From NCBI GenBank assembly GCA_024137785.1, contig JAHRHZ010000111.1, forward strand, positions 31,689,547 to 31,753,546: 64,000 nt of DNA, written 5' to 3'. Position numbers and translations under genes: made by a program. Shown here in pieces: positions 49,330 to 61,612 of this stretch. How positions within the stretch are numbered: the first letter of the stretch is position 1; each line of letters starts with the position of its first letter. Below the pieces are notes generated by a model. That model saw only the letters and a program-made list of their open reading frames with translations. It had not been told where the DNA came from and searched no databases. This stretch comes from Ginglymostoma cirratum. Taxonomy: Eukaryota.

Positions 49330-51300
49330 TATTTTACTTGCAATGAAATGGTCAACACAATTAAGGTATGGTAGGTCAGCTCAGCCAAGTGGAATGTATA
49401 GGTGATGGAATGTAACCGGTCAGGGATTACCCTTGCGTCCCAGGCAAAAAATATTGGTGGGATGCGTCACTGGATTTGGAACTGAGACAAGGCTGCAGTC
49501 ACTGTTGCGCATTTATAAGCCAGTGAACTTTATTTGTAGCATCCTGAGTGAGATGGTCACACCACAGCCCAGGGATGTGCATACAGGTAAGGAATGGGTG
49601 ACTGTGGGTCAGTCCAAGAGACCAAGTCAGGTACTGCAGCTGCCAGATGAGACAATCTTCTTGCAGTTCTGCTTTAGATGCTTGTGAGGGTGATGATTTC
49701 TCAGGGGAACAGAGCCAAAGCCAAGACAGTGGCACCACAGGCAGCTCAGCTGTTATGACCTTTTGAGGTCATAAACGAAAACTCCATTATGGTATGTTGC
49801 TTCTCTGATGCTGGGGTCAAGAATGTTAAAGAGTTAGTTGTAGGACATTCTTCGAGTGGATAGCCAAAGATTGTGAACATAAGAACATAAGAAATAGGAG
49901 CAGGAATAGACCATCTGTCCCGTCGAGCTCGCTCCACCATTCCTTAAGATCATGGCTGATTATTTTGTGCACTCAGCTCCACTTACCTGCCTGCTCACCA
50001 TAATCTTTAATTCCTTTACTATCTATCTTTGCCTTAAAAACATTCAACAAAGCAACCTCAGCTGCTTCACTGGGCGCGGAATTTCACAGAATCACAATCA
50101 ATTGGGTGAAGAAGTTCCTTCTCAATACTGTCCTAAGTCTGCTTCTCCTTATTTTGAGGCTATGCCCTTAGTTCAAGTTTAACCTGACAGTAGAAACAAC
50201 CTCCATGTTTCTATCTTATCTATTCCCTTCATAATTTTATATATTTCTATAGGCTCCCCCCTCATTCTTCTAAATTCCAATGATATAGTCCCAATCTACT
50301 CAACTGTCCTCATTAGCCAACCCTCTCAACTGTGGAATCAACCTACAAAACCTCCTTTGCACACACCCTCTCCTCCACACCAGCACCAGTACATCTTTTC
50401 TCAAGTAAGGAGACCAAGACTGTACACAGTAATCTAGGTGTGGCCCCACCAGCACCCTATACAGCTGCAGCATAACCTCACTATTTTCTGGTGGCAATGG
50501 TTTAGGTAGTAAGGGGATGGGGTCCTGAAAGCAAATTTCAGGTTGCTTGGAAGGAGGTTGGAGAGAAGGAGTTTGGAGAAAAGCTGGACTTCCACATCAG
50601 TTACCCCAAGACCAATTGCAGTCCTTTGTGTCAGCGAGTGTAGAAATAAGGGAATTGAGTGCGTGAGTATGTAATTGGAAAAGTGGTATAGGAGGGAAGG
50701 TATCAGAATGCAAAAGCATTCGGACCGTTTGTGGAACAGTTATGATCTGTACATAATGGATGAACTGCATCTTAGGGGGATTGGAATCTAAACATGAGCT
50801 CAGGTTCAAGGGAAGCAAAACATGTTGAAAGAAATAGAGTAGTAAGCAAAAAAAAAAGGTGAACTTCTAGCAGGAGTGAAATAGGATCAACATGAAGAAT
50901 AATATTAAAAAGGCAGGATTAAAAGCGTTCTGTCAGACTACACATTGCATCTGCAAAACATTTGATGATTTAATGATAAAAATTGAGGTAAAATGTATAC
51001 AATTTAATTGCCATTGCAGAGATGTATCTACAGGGTGACTGAGAGATTGTGAATGGAATATCAAAGGATAGAACAGATAGGCAAAAAGGAAGTGGCAGTG
51101 CAGTAGCACTTCTAATAAGGGATTAAATCAATCTATTCTTATGAAATCATCTTAGATTGAAGCATTAAGCCATTATCGCAGGATTTTTTGTATGCCTTTA
51201 AACTCCAGTGCTGATGTTGGGCATACTGTAAATCAGGACATTAAAGCAATATATGACATGGGTAATGCAAATAGGTGACTCCATTTTACATATAGGTTGA
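49330..51300 (+). mobile_element. Old CR1 LINE 5' region (ORF1 esterase-like domain and ORF2 endonuclease start), interrupted at 49876-50485
   Basis: VTPQ..EWVTV; CFSDAGVKNV; DLYIMDELHL; LIAIAEMYLQGD remnants. Confidence 0.7.
49876..50485 (-). mobile_element. CR1 LINE 3' region with (ttcttatg)n tail
   Basis: ORF 50300-50497 EVMLQLYRVLVGPHLDYCVQSWSPYLRKDV; aacataagaacataagaa at 49876. Confidence 0.9.
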
Positions 51301-51739
51301 ATCAACCACATTTAACAAAAGAAGCTAAAAATGCTTTTGATTATTGTAGACCTTTTGATTATGGTCAGGGTGCAGGTTGGGGTATTGTCTATTTTAATGC
51401 ATTTCAAGACACCCAACACATCTCCTTCATTATGTTGACTTGTCCGACAGTATTCACACACCTTTCCCTAACCTCAACATGTCTCATTTCTCTCACTTTG
51501 GTGAATACCAACGTAAAGTACGTCTTAAAGGTCTCACCCACTTCTTCTGGCTCCACACATGACTTCCCTCATTGTGTGGGCCTACTCTTTCCCTGGCTAC
51601 CTTCTTGCTCCTAACGTATGCATAACATGCCTTGGGATTCTCCTTAACCCTGCTGGCCCAGGACATTTCCTCCTAACTCCTCATTTGATTCAGATATGAA
51701 GAGAGACTAGACAGTCTGTCATTGTTTTCCTTATTGTGA

Positions 51740-52195
51740 ACAAGACTGAGGGGGTCCTGAAGGAAGTCGACAAAGTTATGATGATGATTTATTGTCACTA
51801 AGGACATGAGTTTAGATCCTTAATTGAAATCAAAATCATTATGAAGGGCACAAATTATAAGGGGCATAGATAGGGTAGATTGGGTGAAACTGTTCCCTTT
51901 GGCAGAGGAATCAATAACCAGTGGGGGCGTTGGGGGCACAGTTTTAAGGTAAAAAGTAGGAGGTTTAGAGGGGATTCGAGGAAAAATGCTTTCACCCAGA
52001 GTGTGATGGGAATCTGGAACTCACTGCCTAAAAGGTAGAGAGAGGCAAGAGCCATCAAGACATTTAAAAAGTATTCAGATAAGCATTTGAAACGCCATGC
52101 AAGGCAATTGGATTAGAACAGATAGATGCTTGCTGTCTGGTGAGGATATGATGGGCCAAAGGGCCTTTTTCAGTGCTGTCAAAACTCTGTGACTT
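51740..52195 (+). mobile_element. CR1 LINE 3' end
   Basis: GHSFKVKSRRFRGDSRKNAFTQSVMGIWNSLP; tail atgggccaaagggccttttt shared with HE1-like SINEs. Confidence 0.85.
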
Positions 52196-53263
52196 TAATA
52201 AGAGACCAAAATTGCACACAGTATCTCGGGTGTGGCCTAAACAAACATCTATACCATTAAAGCAAGACTACATTATTCCCATACACAACTCATTTTGTGA
52301 TAAATGCTGACATTCTATTAGCCTTCCCAATAGCTTTCTGTACCTGCATATTAGACTTCAGTCACCTATTGACAAGGTCCCTTTGTACATTTACACTTTC
52401 CAATCTCTCAACATTTACTAAATACTCTCTACATCCGTCCTTCTTTAAAGGCAGATAACCTCATATTTTTCCACATTATATTCCATCTGCCATATTTTTG
52501 TCCATCTACTAAGCCTGTGTAAATCCTCCTGAAAACGTTACATTTTTCTCACAACATGTGAACAGCTCAGGCCCGACTGCTGATCTTTAAGGCACAGCAC
52601 TAGTCACAGACTGCAAGCACAAGAATGACCTTTTTATTTCCACTCTCTGTTTTCTGGTTGTTAGCCAATTATTCAGCCAGTACTATGGGCTTTAAATATT
52701 CTAACCAACCTCCTGTGGGGGACACTGTCAAAAATCTTCTGAAAATCTAAATAATACTATATTCATCAATCCCCCTTATCACATCCTCAAAAAACTGTGA
52801 CGCATTTGTCAAATATTCCATTTGCAAATCAATGCTGACTATGCTTAATCAAATCATTTTAATTTAAGTGTCCATTTGACATCATCTTTGATAGATTCTA
52901 GCATTTTCCCTATTACTGAAGTAAGGCTAACTGGTCCATTGTTCCTGGTTTTTGCCCTTGATCTTTCCTCAAATAGTAGGATGACATTTACAAGCATTCA
53001 ATCGACAGGCATCTTTCCAGAATAAACAGAATTTTGGAAAATTATTAACAATGCATCAACTATCTCTATAGACACATCTTCATCCACACTTTGGAATGTA
53101 GACTATCAGGTTCCAATTTTCAACCCCATTAATTTCTCCAGTACAGTCTTCCTGTTAATACTAATTTCCTTCAACTTCCCCTTCACATTCGTCACTCAGT
53201 CTATTTCTGAGAGATTTCTTGAGTCTTTCTTCGTGAAAATAGACAGAAAGTAATTGCTAAGCT

Positions 53264-53395
53264 TTTGAAGAAGGGTCCCTGGGTAAAAACGCCAACTCTG
53301 TTTTCTGCCCACAGATGCTGCTGTACCTGCTGAGTTTCTCCAACAATTTCTGTTTTTGTTTCGCGTCTTCGACATCCACAGTTCTTTGTTTTATT
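53264..53395 (+). mobile_element. Decayed family B-related pLTR
   Basis: ttgaagaagggtc..aactctgttttc..cagatgctgc..cctgctgagtttctccaacaatttctgtttttg. Confidence 0.7.
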
Positions 53396-53449
53396 TGTAT
53401 CATTTAACTTCTCTGCCATTTCTCTATTCCTCATGATAAAATCAACTGA

Positions 53450-53820
53450 TAACAGCAAAATACTGTAAATTCTGGAAATCTAAAACAAACATAGAGAATG
53501 TTAGAGAAACACAACAGGTCTGGTAGCATCTGTGGAGACAGAAACAGAGTTAATGTTTCAAGTTCAGTAGGACTCATCCTTCCCTTTCACACATTAATTT
53601 ATACCCATTTTATATCTCTTTTTCCCTTTCACCACTGTTACCAACATCTCTTTCCCCTAGTCCCCTCTTCCAACTTTGGCAAAAGTATATATGAAAAAGA
53701 AATCATTTTCTGCCATCTTTCAGTTCTGGGGAACAGTCAGACTGGACTCAAAACGTGAACTCTGTTTCTCTCTCTACGGATGCTGCCAGCCCACTGAGAT
53801 TCTCCAACATATTCTATATT
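53450..53820. mobile_element. Old inverted pLTR pair (family B-related) with ~140-bp spacer
   Basis: gcatctgtggagacagaaacagagtt (53527-53552) versus aactctgtttctctctctacggatgc (53758-53783). Confidence 0.65.
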
Positions 53821-54361
53821 TGTTATAATATCTTCTGACTTTTAACAGAACTGTTTTCATCACAATCACTTCTTTTTTATGAACCTTTAGAAACTTTTAC
53901 AGTTTATTTCTTATGTCTTTTTTTGCTGGAGTGCATTCAGTTCTTTTCTTCCTTTCCTTATTATTTTCATGGTCCGCCTCTTCCATATCCTAAAAACTTG
54001 CTAATTCTGGCCACTTTATAATTTATTTGTTTTAAGCTTTAATAATCCTTAACTTTCTTTCTCAATTAAAGTTGGGTTTTTATGCCTTGAAGGAATACAT
54101 AGTTGTTCTAAGCCATGTAATGATTCGTAGAAGACTGTTGATTTCCTATGTACTGATAGGCCTTTGAATGTATTTTCCCAAACCAGTTCAGCTAACTTGT
54201 GCCTCATGCTTTCATAACAACCCTTACTCAAAAATGTCACACCCCTGCTCCAAACTGAATTACCACACCTTCAAACGTAATATAAGATTCTATCATGCAA
54301 TTGCCATGTATCCCTAAATACTCTTTAACATCAAGGCTTTTAATTAGCCCCTTCTCATTAC

Positions 54362-55143
54362 TTATTTATTTGATTTATTATAGTCACATGTAGCTAAGTA
54401 CGGTGAAAAGTTTTGTATTGCATGCTGTACAGGCAGATCATAAAATGTAAGGACATACAGATCGTAGGATGATTGAACATAACGAGGCATACAAAGTTAC
54501 GGCTGCACAGGAGGTGCACAAAAACAAGATCAACATCAGATTTGAAATTAGAAAGGACCGTTCAGCATTTAATAACAGCAGGGAACAAGCTGTTCTTGAA
54601 CCTGTTGGTGTGTGTGTTTAAGCTTCTGTGTCTTCTGCCTGACAGAAGAGGTTGGAAGAGATTATAACTGGGATGGCAGGGGTCTTTGATAATGTTGGCT
54701 GCCTTTCTACAGCAATGAGAAGTGTAGATGGAGTCAACAGATGGGAGGTTGGCTTGCGTGATTGCCTGGGACGTGTACACATCTTTCTATAGCTTTTAAC
54801 AATCCTGGGCAGAGCCGTTCCCATATCAAGCCGTGATGCATCTAAGCAGAATACTTTCTATGGTGCATCTTTAAAAGTTGGTGATGGTCCTTATGGACAT
54901 GCTGCACTTCCTTAGCCTCCTGAGGAAGAAGAGGCGTTGTTGTGCTTTCTTGACCATTGCATCTACACGCGATGACCAGGACAGCTTGTTGGTGAACGTC
55001 ACTCCTAGGAACTTGACGCTTTTGACCATCTCCATTGTTGTAGATAGGGGTGAGTCCTCCTCCTTGCTTCCTGAACTTGATGATCAGCTCTTTAGTTTTG
55101 CTGACATTGAGGGAGATGTTTTATCTTTGGACCACATCGCCGA
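54362..55143 (-). mobile_element. Rex1/Babar LINE 3' fragment
   Basis: KAQQRLFFLRRLRK; IYTSHCCRKAANIIKDPCHPSYNLFQPLLSGRRHRSLNTHTNRFKNSLFPAVI; possible TSD tcattac 54355-54361 and 55144-55150. Confidence 0.85.
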
Positions 55144-56604
55144 TCATTACATGATGCTACATCCAAAATTACCTGTTGCTCTGTCAGCTCTTCAACGCGT
55201 AGCTCTAGAAAACCATTCCATAGGCAATCCAGAAGCCTGTCCTCCATAGCTTTAATACTCAGTTGGCTTACTCAGTCTACATTCAGGTTGAAGTCACATG
55301 TGATCTCTTGTGTTGCACATGCTACAAGCTTCTTTCATCTCCTGATTTATAGCATGCTCCACACCTACACAACTATTTGGTAACCTATAAATATCTCCAA
55401 CCAATGTCTACCACCCCTGTCTGTTTTGCAGTCCTACCCAGGTTCTGCATTTTGATCTTCCAATATGAGATCTTCCCTTACTAATGTAATGGTCCCATCT
55501 CATACTGTCAGTACAACTCTATCTTCTTCTCCTTCGACTTGTCTGACAAAAATGTTGGAAATCGTTGAATTTTCAGTTTCCAGCCCTGGTTACCATGCAG
55601 CCATGTTTCTGTAATGGCAATTATATTATAACCATTTGGCTCTATTTTGCTTTTAGATCATCTACCTTATTGTGAACACTGTGAGTAATCAGTTTGAATG
55701 TCATTAACTTTGCCTTTACGACATCATTCCACTTTTGTGGTATATTTGATGCTTAGCGTTGTTTCTCCTGTCTTCTAATCTCCCTCAGCTTTTTTTAACT
55801 TCCGGTCACCAGTTTAACTGCCTTTCAATTTGAAGTATCCCTTAGGTTCCCAATGTTCTGACTAGCTGGTTTAAACTGACCGCAACTGAACCAATGAATG
55901 TCCCTGGGAGAATATCGATCCCAGTTCTGTTAAGATGTCAAGTCCCCTAAGAATCTTACAATTTTCAAAAATATCAGCTTTCATTCTTCCAAACTCCAAT
56001 TCTCTTTGTAAGAAAAACCTACATGTGGAATCAACCTAATGAACCTTCTCTGGACAGTTTTCAATGCCAGTATTCCCCTCCTTAGTTAAAGGGACCAAAC
56101 TGTTCACTGTTCCAGGTGTGGTCTGACTATTACCTTGTATAATTTAGCAAGACTTCCCTATTTTTATACTCCACTGCTTGATTTTATACTCTGTCATGGG
56201 CTGTCTTGCCTGGACGCTCATCTCTACAATTTTCTCTTTAAAGTTTTGAACCTTTTCACTGCTATGTCCTTGTATAACATTGTCCTTAACGCCCATCTCT
56301 TTAGTCATTTGTACAAACTGTCCTAATATCCGCTTTCATGAATTGTCACATTTTGTTTGGGTCATGTCACCTTCTTAAAAAGCCTATAGAAATGCATATT
56401 GTCGTTTTTACCTAAGCAGTAGTTCCACTGACCAGTAAAATGTTCCATTCTGAACTTTGAACTTGTTCCAACATTATCTTAGAGCTGTATCTTCAAAGAA
56501 AGTTGAGAAGTCACATAATGCTCATAATCCTCTACAACAGTAATTTCATCCAGAGTGAACAAAGGGAGCAGTCATTGAAGATGAGTATTATCTATTTGCC
56601 AAAA

Positions 56605-57670
56605 AGAGGGAATTATGAATGCATACTGACACCAGTGTTTAGCACTGGTTGCTCCTTTTGCTTGTGTGTTGACTTAATTGGAAAGCAAGTATAGTGATTG
56701 GAACGAGCGCCAGGTAGATCTCATTGGCTATGAGTTCCTTGATTGGGGTTATTAGCCTGGCCCAATCAGGTAGCCCTGGATAACAGATATAAACAGGAAT
56801 CAGAGATTCTCCCTACTGTAGGAATTGGCTCTGAGCTAGCTGGTCAGAGTCCATGTACCTGTGCATGTGTCAATAAAGGATGACTTGCTGCCGGAACACC
56901 AGGCCTCTGTTGAGTTATTTCAGAAAGGGCACAGGTTCCTCGGGTGACCTAGCCCATTTTCTGGGGCTAGCTAAGTTTTCCCCCAAAGTCTGATTGCAAG
57001 CATAGCAACAGTGGCCAGAAATTGAAACCATGCCTCGCGAGAGGAAGTTCCTGTCAAGTCTGGCAGGAAGTTTTGTAGTAAACTTCCTGTTCCTTCCTCA
57101 GTTGTGAACAGCATGTGGCATTGACAGCCTAGTTCTAATTAGCAAAGTAACTAATCATGAGCAGAGAGGGAGAGAAAGAGGATAATTTCATGTCATAATG
57201 AATTTGGTGAGGTGCAATAACACAATGACCATTATAAAAGGTCCTTTAGTTTTTTTTTTGATCATTAATTGCTATAACATCTGTTTTGCTGATCAAGAGA
57301 ATGAACAGCTGCAATATTCACCCCAGGCAATGTTCCAATGGAAATTAAATCCATTCAGTAGCAACCAACATTGTATCATTTTACTGCAGTTATTATGAGA
57401 TTATAGAAAACACATTGATATTCTACAGTCTGATACTTCACAGGAACTTCCTCTCACGAGGCATGGTTTCAATTTCTGGGCGCTGTTGCTAGGCCTGCAA
57501 ACAGACTTTGGGGAAAGCTCAGACAGACCCTGAAAATGGGCAAGGTCACCATGACGCAAAAAAAAGCCGTGCCATTTCCTTTCAACTAAGTCGGCACGCA
57601 AATAGGATCAGCAGCCAGCGTTAAACATGCGGTTTGAGTTCCTGTGCGCTTCTGCAGGCTGAAATTCCTG
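56605..57670. mobile_element. Foldback/MITE-like element with ~220-bp imperfect inverted repeats
   Basis: 56923-57060 is the reverse complement of ~57430-57580 (e.g. ccagaaattgaaaccatgcctcg.gagaggaagttcctgt); similarity continues left of the LTR insert. Confidence 0.75.
56690..56922 (+). mobile_element. Solo LTR of the Gypsy family at 23562-25378
   Basis: tatagtgattg..ccaatcagg..cagatataa..aataaagg..ttatttca; flanks gcaag and gaaag. Confidence 0.85.
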
Positions 57671-57999
57671 TAAGAATAGCACCACTTGAGTTCAGCTTGC
57701 ACTAAAAGTCAGCCAGTACCTCTTACAGGGGAATGGGACTTCTGTCTCTGTAGCAGATACTAGAAATAGCTAAGGAAGTCATTCTGAGTTGGAAGTAACC
57801 GAGTGGTTATGGAAAAAGTCAAAAAGCATTTTCTGGAGTTCTTTAATTGTTGCAGCATCAGAAGACAGGAGGAAGGTGCCCTATCTGTACAGAATCAGGA
57901 GAGGTCTAATGTGCCTACATAACAGTCAAGGTCAGAGAATTCATCTTTACATGTCATATCCTTCCAATTTTGCAACTAGCCTCAGACATTTCTCAATTT

Positions 58000-58607
58000 A
58001 AGCAGGCGAGAATGCAAGAGCAGAAATATTCTGCTGAGGCTTTACAAGACTCTGGTCAGACTGCATTTGGAATATTGGGAGCAGTTTTAGCCTCCATAAC
58101 TACAGAAGGATGTGCTGGCCTTGGAAGGGATCCAGATGAGGATTATAAGAATGATCCTGAGAATGAAGAGCTTGTCGTATGAGAAACGGTCAAGGACTGT
58201 GGGTCTGTACTCGATGGAGTTTAGAATGACAAGGGGGAATGTGATTGAGGCGTTCACAATGCTGAGAGGCTGAGATAGAGTGGAAAAAGATGTTTCCACT
58301 TGTAGGACAGACAAGCAGCCAGGGGCACAGCTTCGGGGTGAAGAGACGACCCTTTAGAACTGAGATGAGGAGGAATTTCTTCAGCCAAAGAGAGATTAAT
58401 CTGTGGAACTCATGGCCAAAGAGGGCTCTGGAGTCAAGTCATTGAGTGTATTTAAGACAGAGTTTGATAGTTTCTTGATTAATGAGGGGATCAAGGGAAA
58501 AGGCAGGAGAATGGGTTTGAGAAACATATCAGCTATGATTGAACGGCAGAGCAGAATTGATGGACCAGGGGTCAAATATTGCTCCTATATCTTATGGTCT
58601 TATGGTC
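58000..58607 (+). mobile_element. CR1 LINE 3' region
   Basis: LRLYKTLVRLHLEY; FRTEMRRNFFSQR; tail tcttatggtcttatgg. Confidence 0.88.
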
Positions 58608-59059
58608 TCCAGCCCATTCACCAATCTCCATCAATCACAATTTATACCTCACATTTATAACCGCACCTCACTCTCATACAGTTATCACTGTTTCGAGCAT
58701 CACATCCACATCTCACAGCTTGCATAATATCAGCCAAAACCAATGCACCAGGTTCATTGATTGACCTGCCCATGTCTTTCAGGCCAAGTTCATTCATAAG
58801 CAGAGGCAAAACCCTCCAACCCAAACGACACAAGTTCTTGTTATTGTATTTTTGCAGTACCAGCCACTAGCGGCTTGTTAGCAGGAGTGTAACACTGCAC
58901 CAACGTTCATTTCAAATATTTTAAAATAAAGCCATTAACCAGATGGAACAAAAAAAATTAGTACCAGTAGCATTTGAAGGGCACCCTAACTAAAGACAGA
59001 AAATGTCAAAACAAACTTTCAAATTCAAATGAAAATGTCACTTTGGGAGGAGATGATGA

Positions 59060-60030
59060 CCCATTAGTCACAGAGTCACCAGCAGACACACTGTTCTCTC
59101 ACTCCAAGGACATCCCAATGTGAACATAAGCTTGAGAGAAAGGCAGGAAGTCAGGTGCAACATCCGTCTACCAGGCTTACTGCCTAGGCCTGTTAACGAC
59201 CACCTTAACCAGGCCCTGGAGCAAACTTGTGAGAAGCTCCTCTGATCTACCTGCCCCTCTCTATACTGGCCTGCCCAATCTTCTGGAGCATGGGGCTGAA
59301 GTGCAATCAGAAATTTAGAAGCAACCACTATAAATAATTAAAGGGGGCTGGAATGTTATTGCAATTTCTATATGCGTGGGCCTTGGAACGTTCAAGACTG
59401 CAGAAATTACAAGAGGCCTGGCAATCCCTGAACCTACTTATGATTACACAGGACCGCTGCGTGCAACACCCTTCAACTCAGAATCCTGACGATAAGGAGG
59501 TGTACTTCCACATTAAAAGACTTGGAGCCTCTTCCAACAATGGACACTAAAATGGAAGGCCAGGGCATGTTCACTTGGTGGATGAAAGTAAGGAAATGAA
59601 GGGTACACTGTAGCAGCCTGCAAAGGAAGCAGGTCTGTGCTGATCAGAAGCTCATGGAGGTAATTTCCATAATGCAGCTCAAATTGTGGTCCACAGGTCC
59701 CTGTGAGAGGTTTCAGCCCAGAGCCAATGTGTAATTCTGTACGGACAGGGATGCATTCAAATGGATGTCCACCACATTCTTGATCTACCTTGACCCCATG
59801 TGTGTCCTCAGGGCCCAGCATCACAGTATTAAGGCAATGGATGGTATTGGCTGTGAACTGCACATTAATCAACACATGCGTAGCAAGTTCCTGCAGTGTC
59901 ATCCAGCCTATTCCTCTGCAATCCCACACGTCCCCAAGTCTTCTCAACCCATGAGCACAAGTTGGCTCCTCCACCAGCCAGTGAAAACCAATGTTCACAA
60001 GCAGAGGCCCCCTAACACCAACTGATACTC
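59060..60030 (-). mobile_element. Degraded Tx1/L1-type ORF2 C-terminal region
   Basis: RGPLLVN..GLRRLGDVWD..GWMT; LLTSLLQGLVKVVVNRPRQ resembling LLxGLLLGLAKxAIxRSR. Confidence 0.6.
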
Positions 60031-60044
60031 TTGACATTGATGGA

Positions 60045-60232
60045 GAGGATGGCCTGGTGGTATGATGACTGGGCTATTAATCCAAGTACTGTTCAAGGGA
60101 CCAAGGTTCAAATCCTGTCATGGCAGATGGTGGAATTTGAATTCAATAAAAATAATCTGGGATTAAGACTCCAATGAGGACCATGAAACTGTTGCTGATG
60201 ACTGGGGAAAAACCCAGTTGGTTCATTAATAT
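60045..60232 (+). mobile_element. 5' half of tRNA-derived SINE (family of 37067)
   Basis: ggttcaaatcctgtcatggcagatggtggaatttgaattcaataaaa. Confidence 0.85.
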
Positions 60233-60244
60233 CAACTCCTCAGT

Positions 60245-60520
60245 GTATCAAAATCTATCTGCCTTCTCTTTAAATACATTCAGTGATTTAACCTCCACAA
60301 CTTTCTGAGGTAGAGAATTCCAGACATTTACTACCCTCTGAAAGAAGATTATCCTTTGCATCATGACTGTTCCCTTATTCTGTCATCATATTCTCTAATT
60401 AGAAATTTCTCCACTTGTGGAAACATCTTCTCAACATTCACCTTATCAAGCTCCTTCTGAATCTTGTATGGTTCAATAGTTCACATTTCATTATTTTAAA
60501 TTTTAATGAATAAAGGTCTA
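60245..60520 (-). mobile_element. Old CR1 3' fragment
   Basis: ggtagagaattccagacatttactaccctctg..ggaaacatcttctcaacattcaccttatcaag. Confidence 0.7.
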
Positions 60521-60699
60521 AACTGCTTTGCTATTCTTGCTTTGCAACCCTGGAGTGTCTTTCCTTGAATCAATTTTTCCATGATTAATCTTCACTGTTG
60601 TTCTTCATTGTCAGCCCAGGTAGAAAGGGGCTGTCCAGGCTTCTTTGTCTCTGACTTCTTGCCTTTCATCCCCTTCCTCATGTTGTGTTCCTGAGCCTG

Positions 60700-61130
60700 T
60701 CATCCTGGTTGTTGTATCACAATGGTGTGTTCATACGCAGTAGAGCAAAGCAGATCCTAGCACCCACTTTACCATATACTGCAGGGCTCCTACCCTGCAT
60801 TACAGACGGTGAACATTTTGGTCTAGTGTACCAACAACTTGCTCTATTGCACCTACGTGCTGATAACTATAAGCATTTTATGGACATGCATGTGGACTGC
60901 ACATGAGTCTTCATCCCTCATCAGCAAATAGACCTTGTCATTCATTAGGCCCCCTCTATTTACCTTTGTCAGATGGCACATCAAATTGCCACAACATGAA
61001 GGAACAATGCCTGCTACCAGGATAACAGGTATCAGTCTTTGTTACGCCAATGGCTGCATGCTCCAGTTAATCATTGAAATGCAATGTTCAATTCCACTTC
61101 TGTTCTGACTTCAGTCTTTGTTTATCCAAT
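60700..61130 (-). pseudogene. PIF/Harbinger (HARBI1-like) transposase catalytic-domain relic
   Basis: YPGSRHCSFML, GLMNDKVYLL and AIEQVVGTLDQNVHRL*CRVGALQY match PGSxHD, LLGDxGY and IExxxGxLKxRFRCL..GALQY in the correct order. Confidence 0.7.
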
Positions 61131-61299
61131 TAAGCTTAAAATGATTGAGGAACAGTATCTCAGCTTTCAGTTTGGCATTTAATAGATTTTCCGATGTAGC
61201 CTTGAATTCAACAATGCCAGACCATGATCACGGCTCCCCATTGTTTTGCCTTTGATTTTGTTTTCTTTTGGTTTTTGAATGGAAATGCTTGATTATGAA

Positions 61300-61612
61300 T
61301 CTGCTTTACCCAATTCTACCTCCTTTAGACCCTGTTGTTAATTTACTTTTCCAATTAGCATCCATTTTTGCATTGAGCCATCACCTGTTTTCATCATGTG
61401 ATTTCTCACCCTGTCACAGGCCTTCACTGTTGTGTATTCCCTTTGCCACCCCTTTCTGTGTTCCTGTTAACTTAAAACTTGTTGCACAGCTCAATTTATT
61501 CCAGTTCTAATGAATGATCATTGGCTAATATTATTAACCCTTCTCCACAGATTCTGCCAGATCTGCGGAGCACTTTTTGCTTATATTTCAGGCTTCCAGC
61601 TCCTGCAATACC
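61300..61612 (+). mobile_element. Very old PLE 3'UTR/pLTR remnant
   Basis: ccagttctaatgaa..ctccacagattctgccagatctgcggag..tttcaggcttccagctcctgca. Confidence 0.45.

Larger units (their letters stand above)
52200..55900 (-). mobile_element. Long degraded CR1 ORF2 (endonuclease to RT) carrying nested insertions
   Basis: IAITETWLHGNQGW near 55580-55620; DFN near 55290; DFQKIFDSVPTG near 52720-52750; WQMEYNVEK near 52470-52495. Confidence 0.8.
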
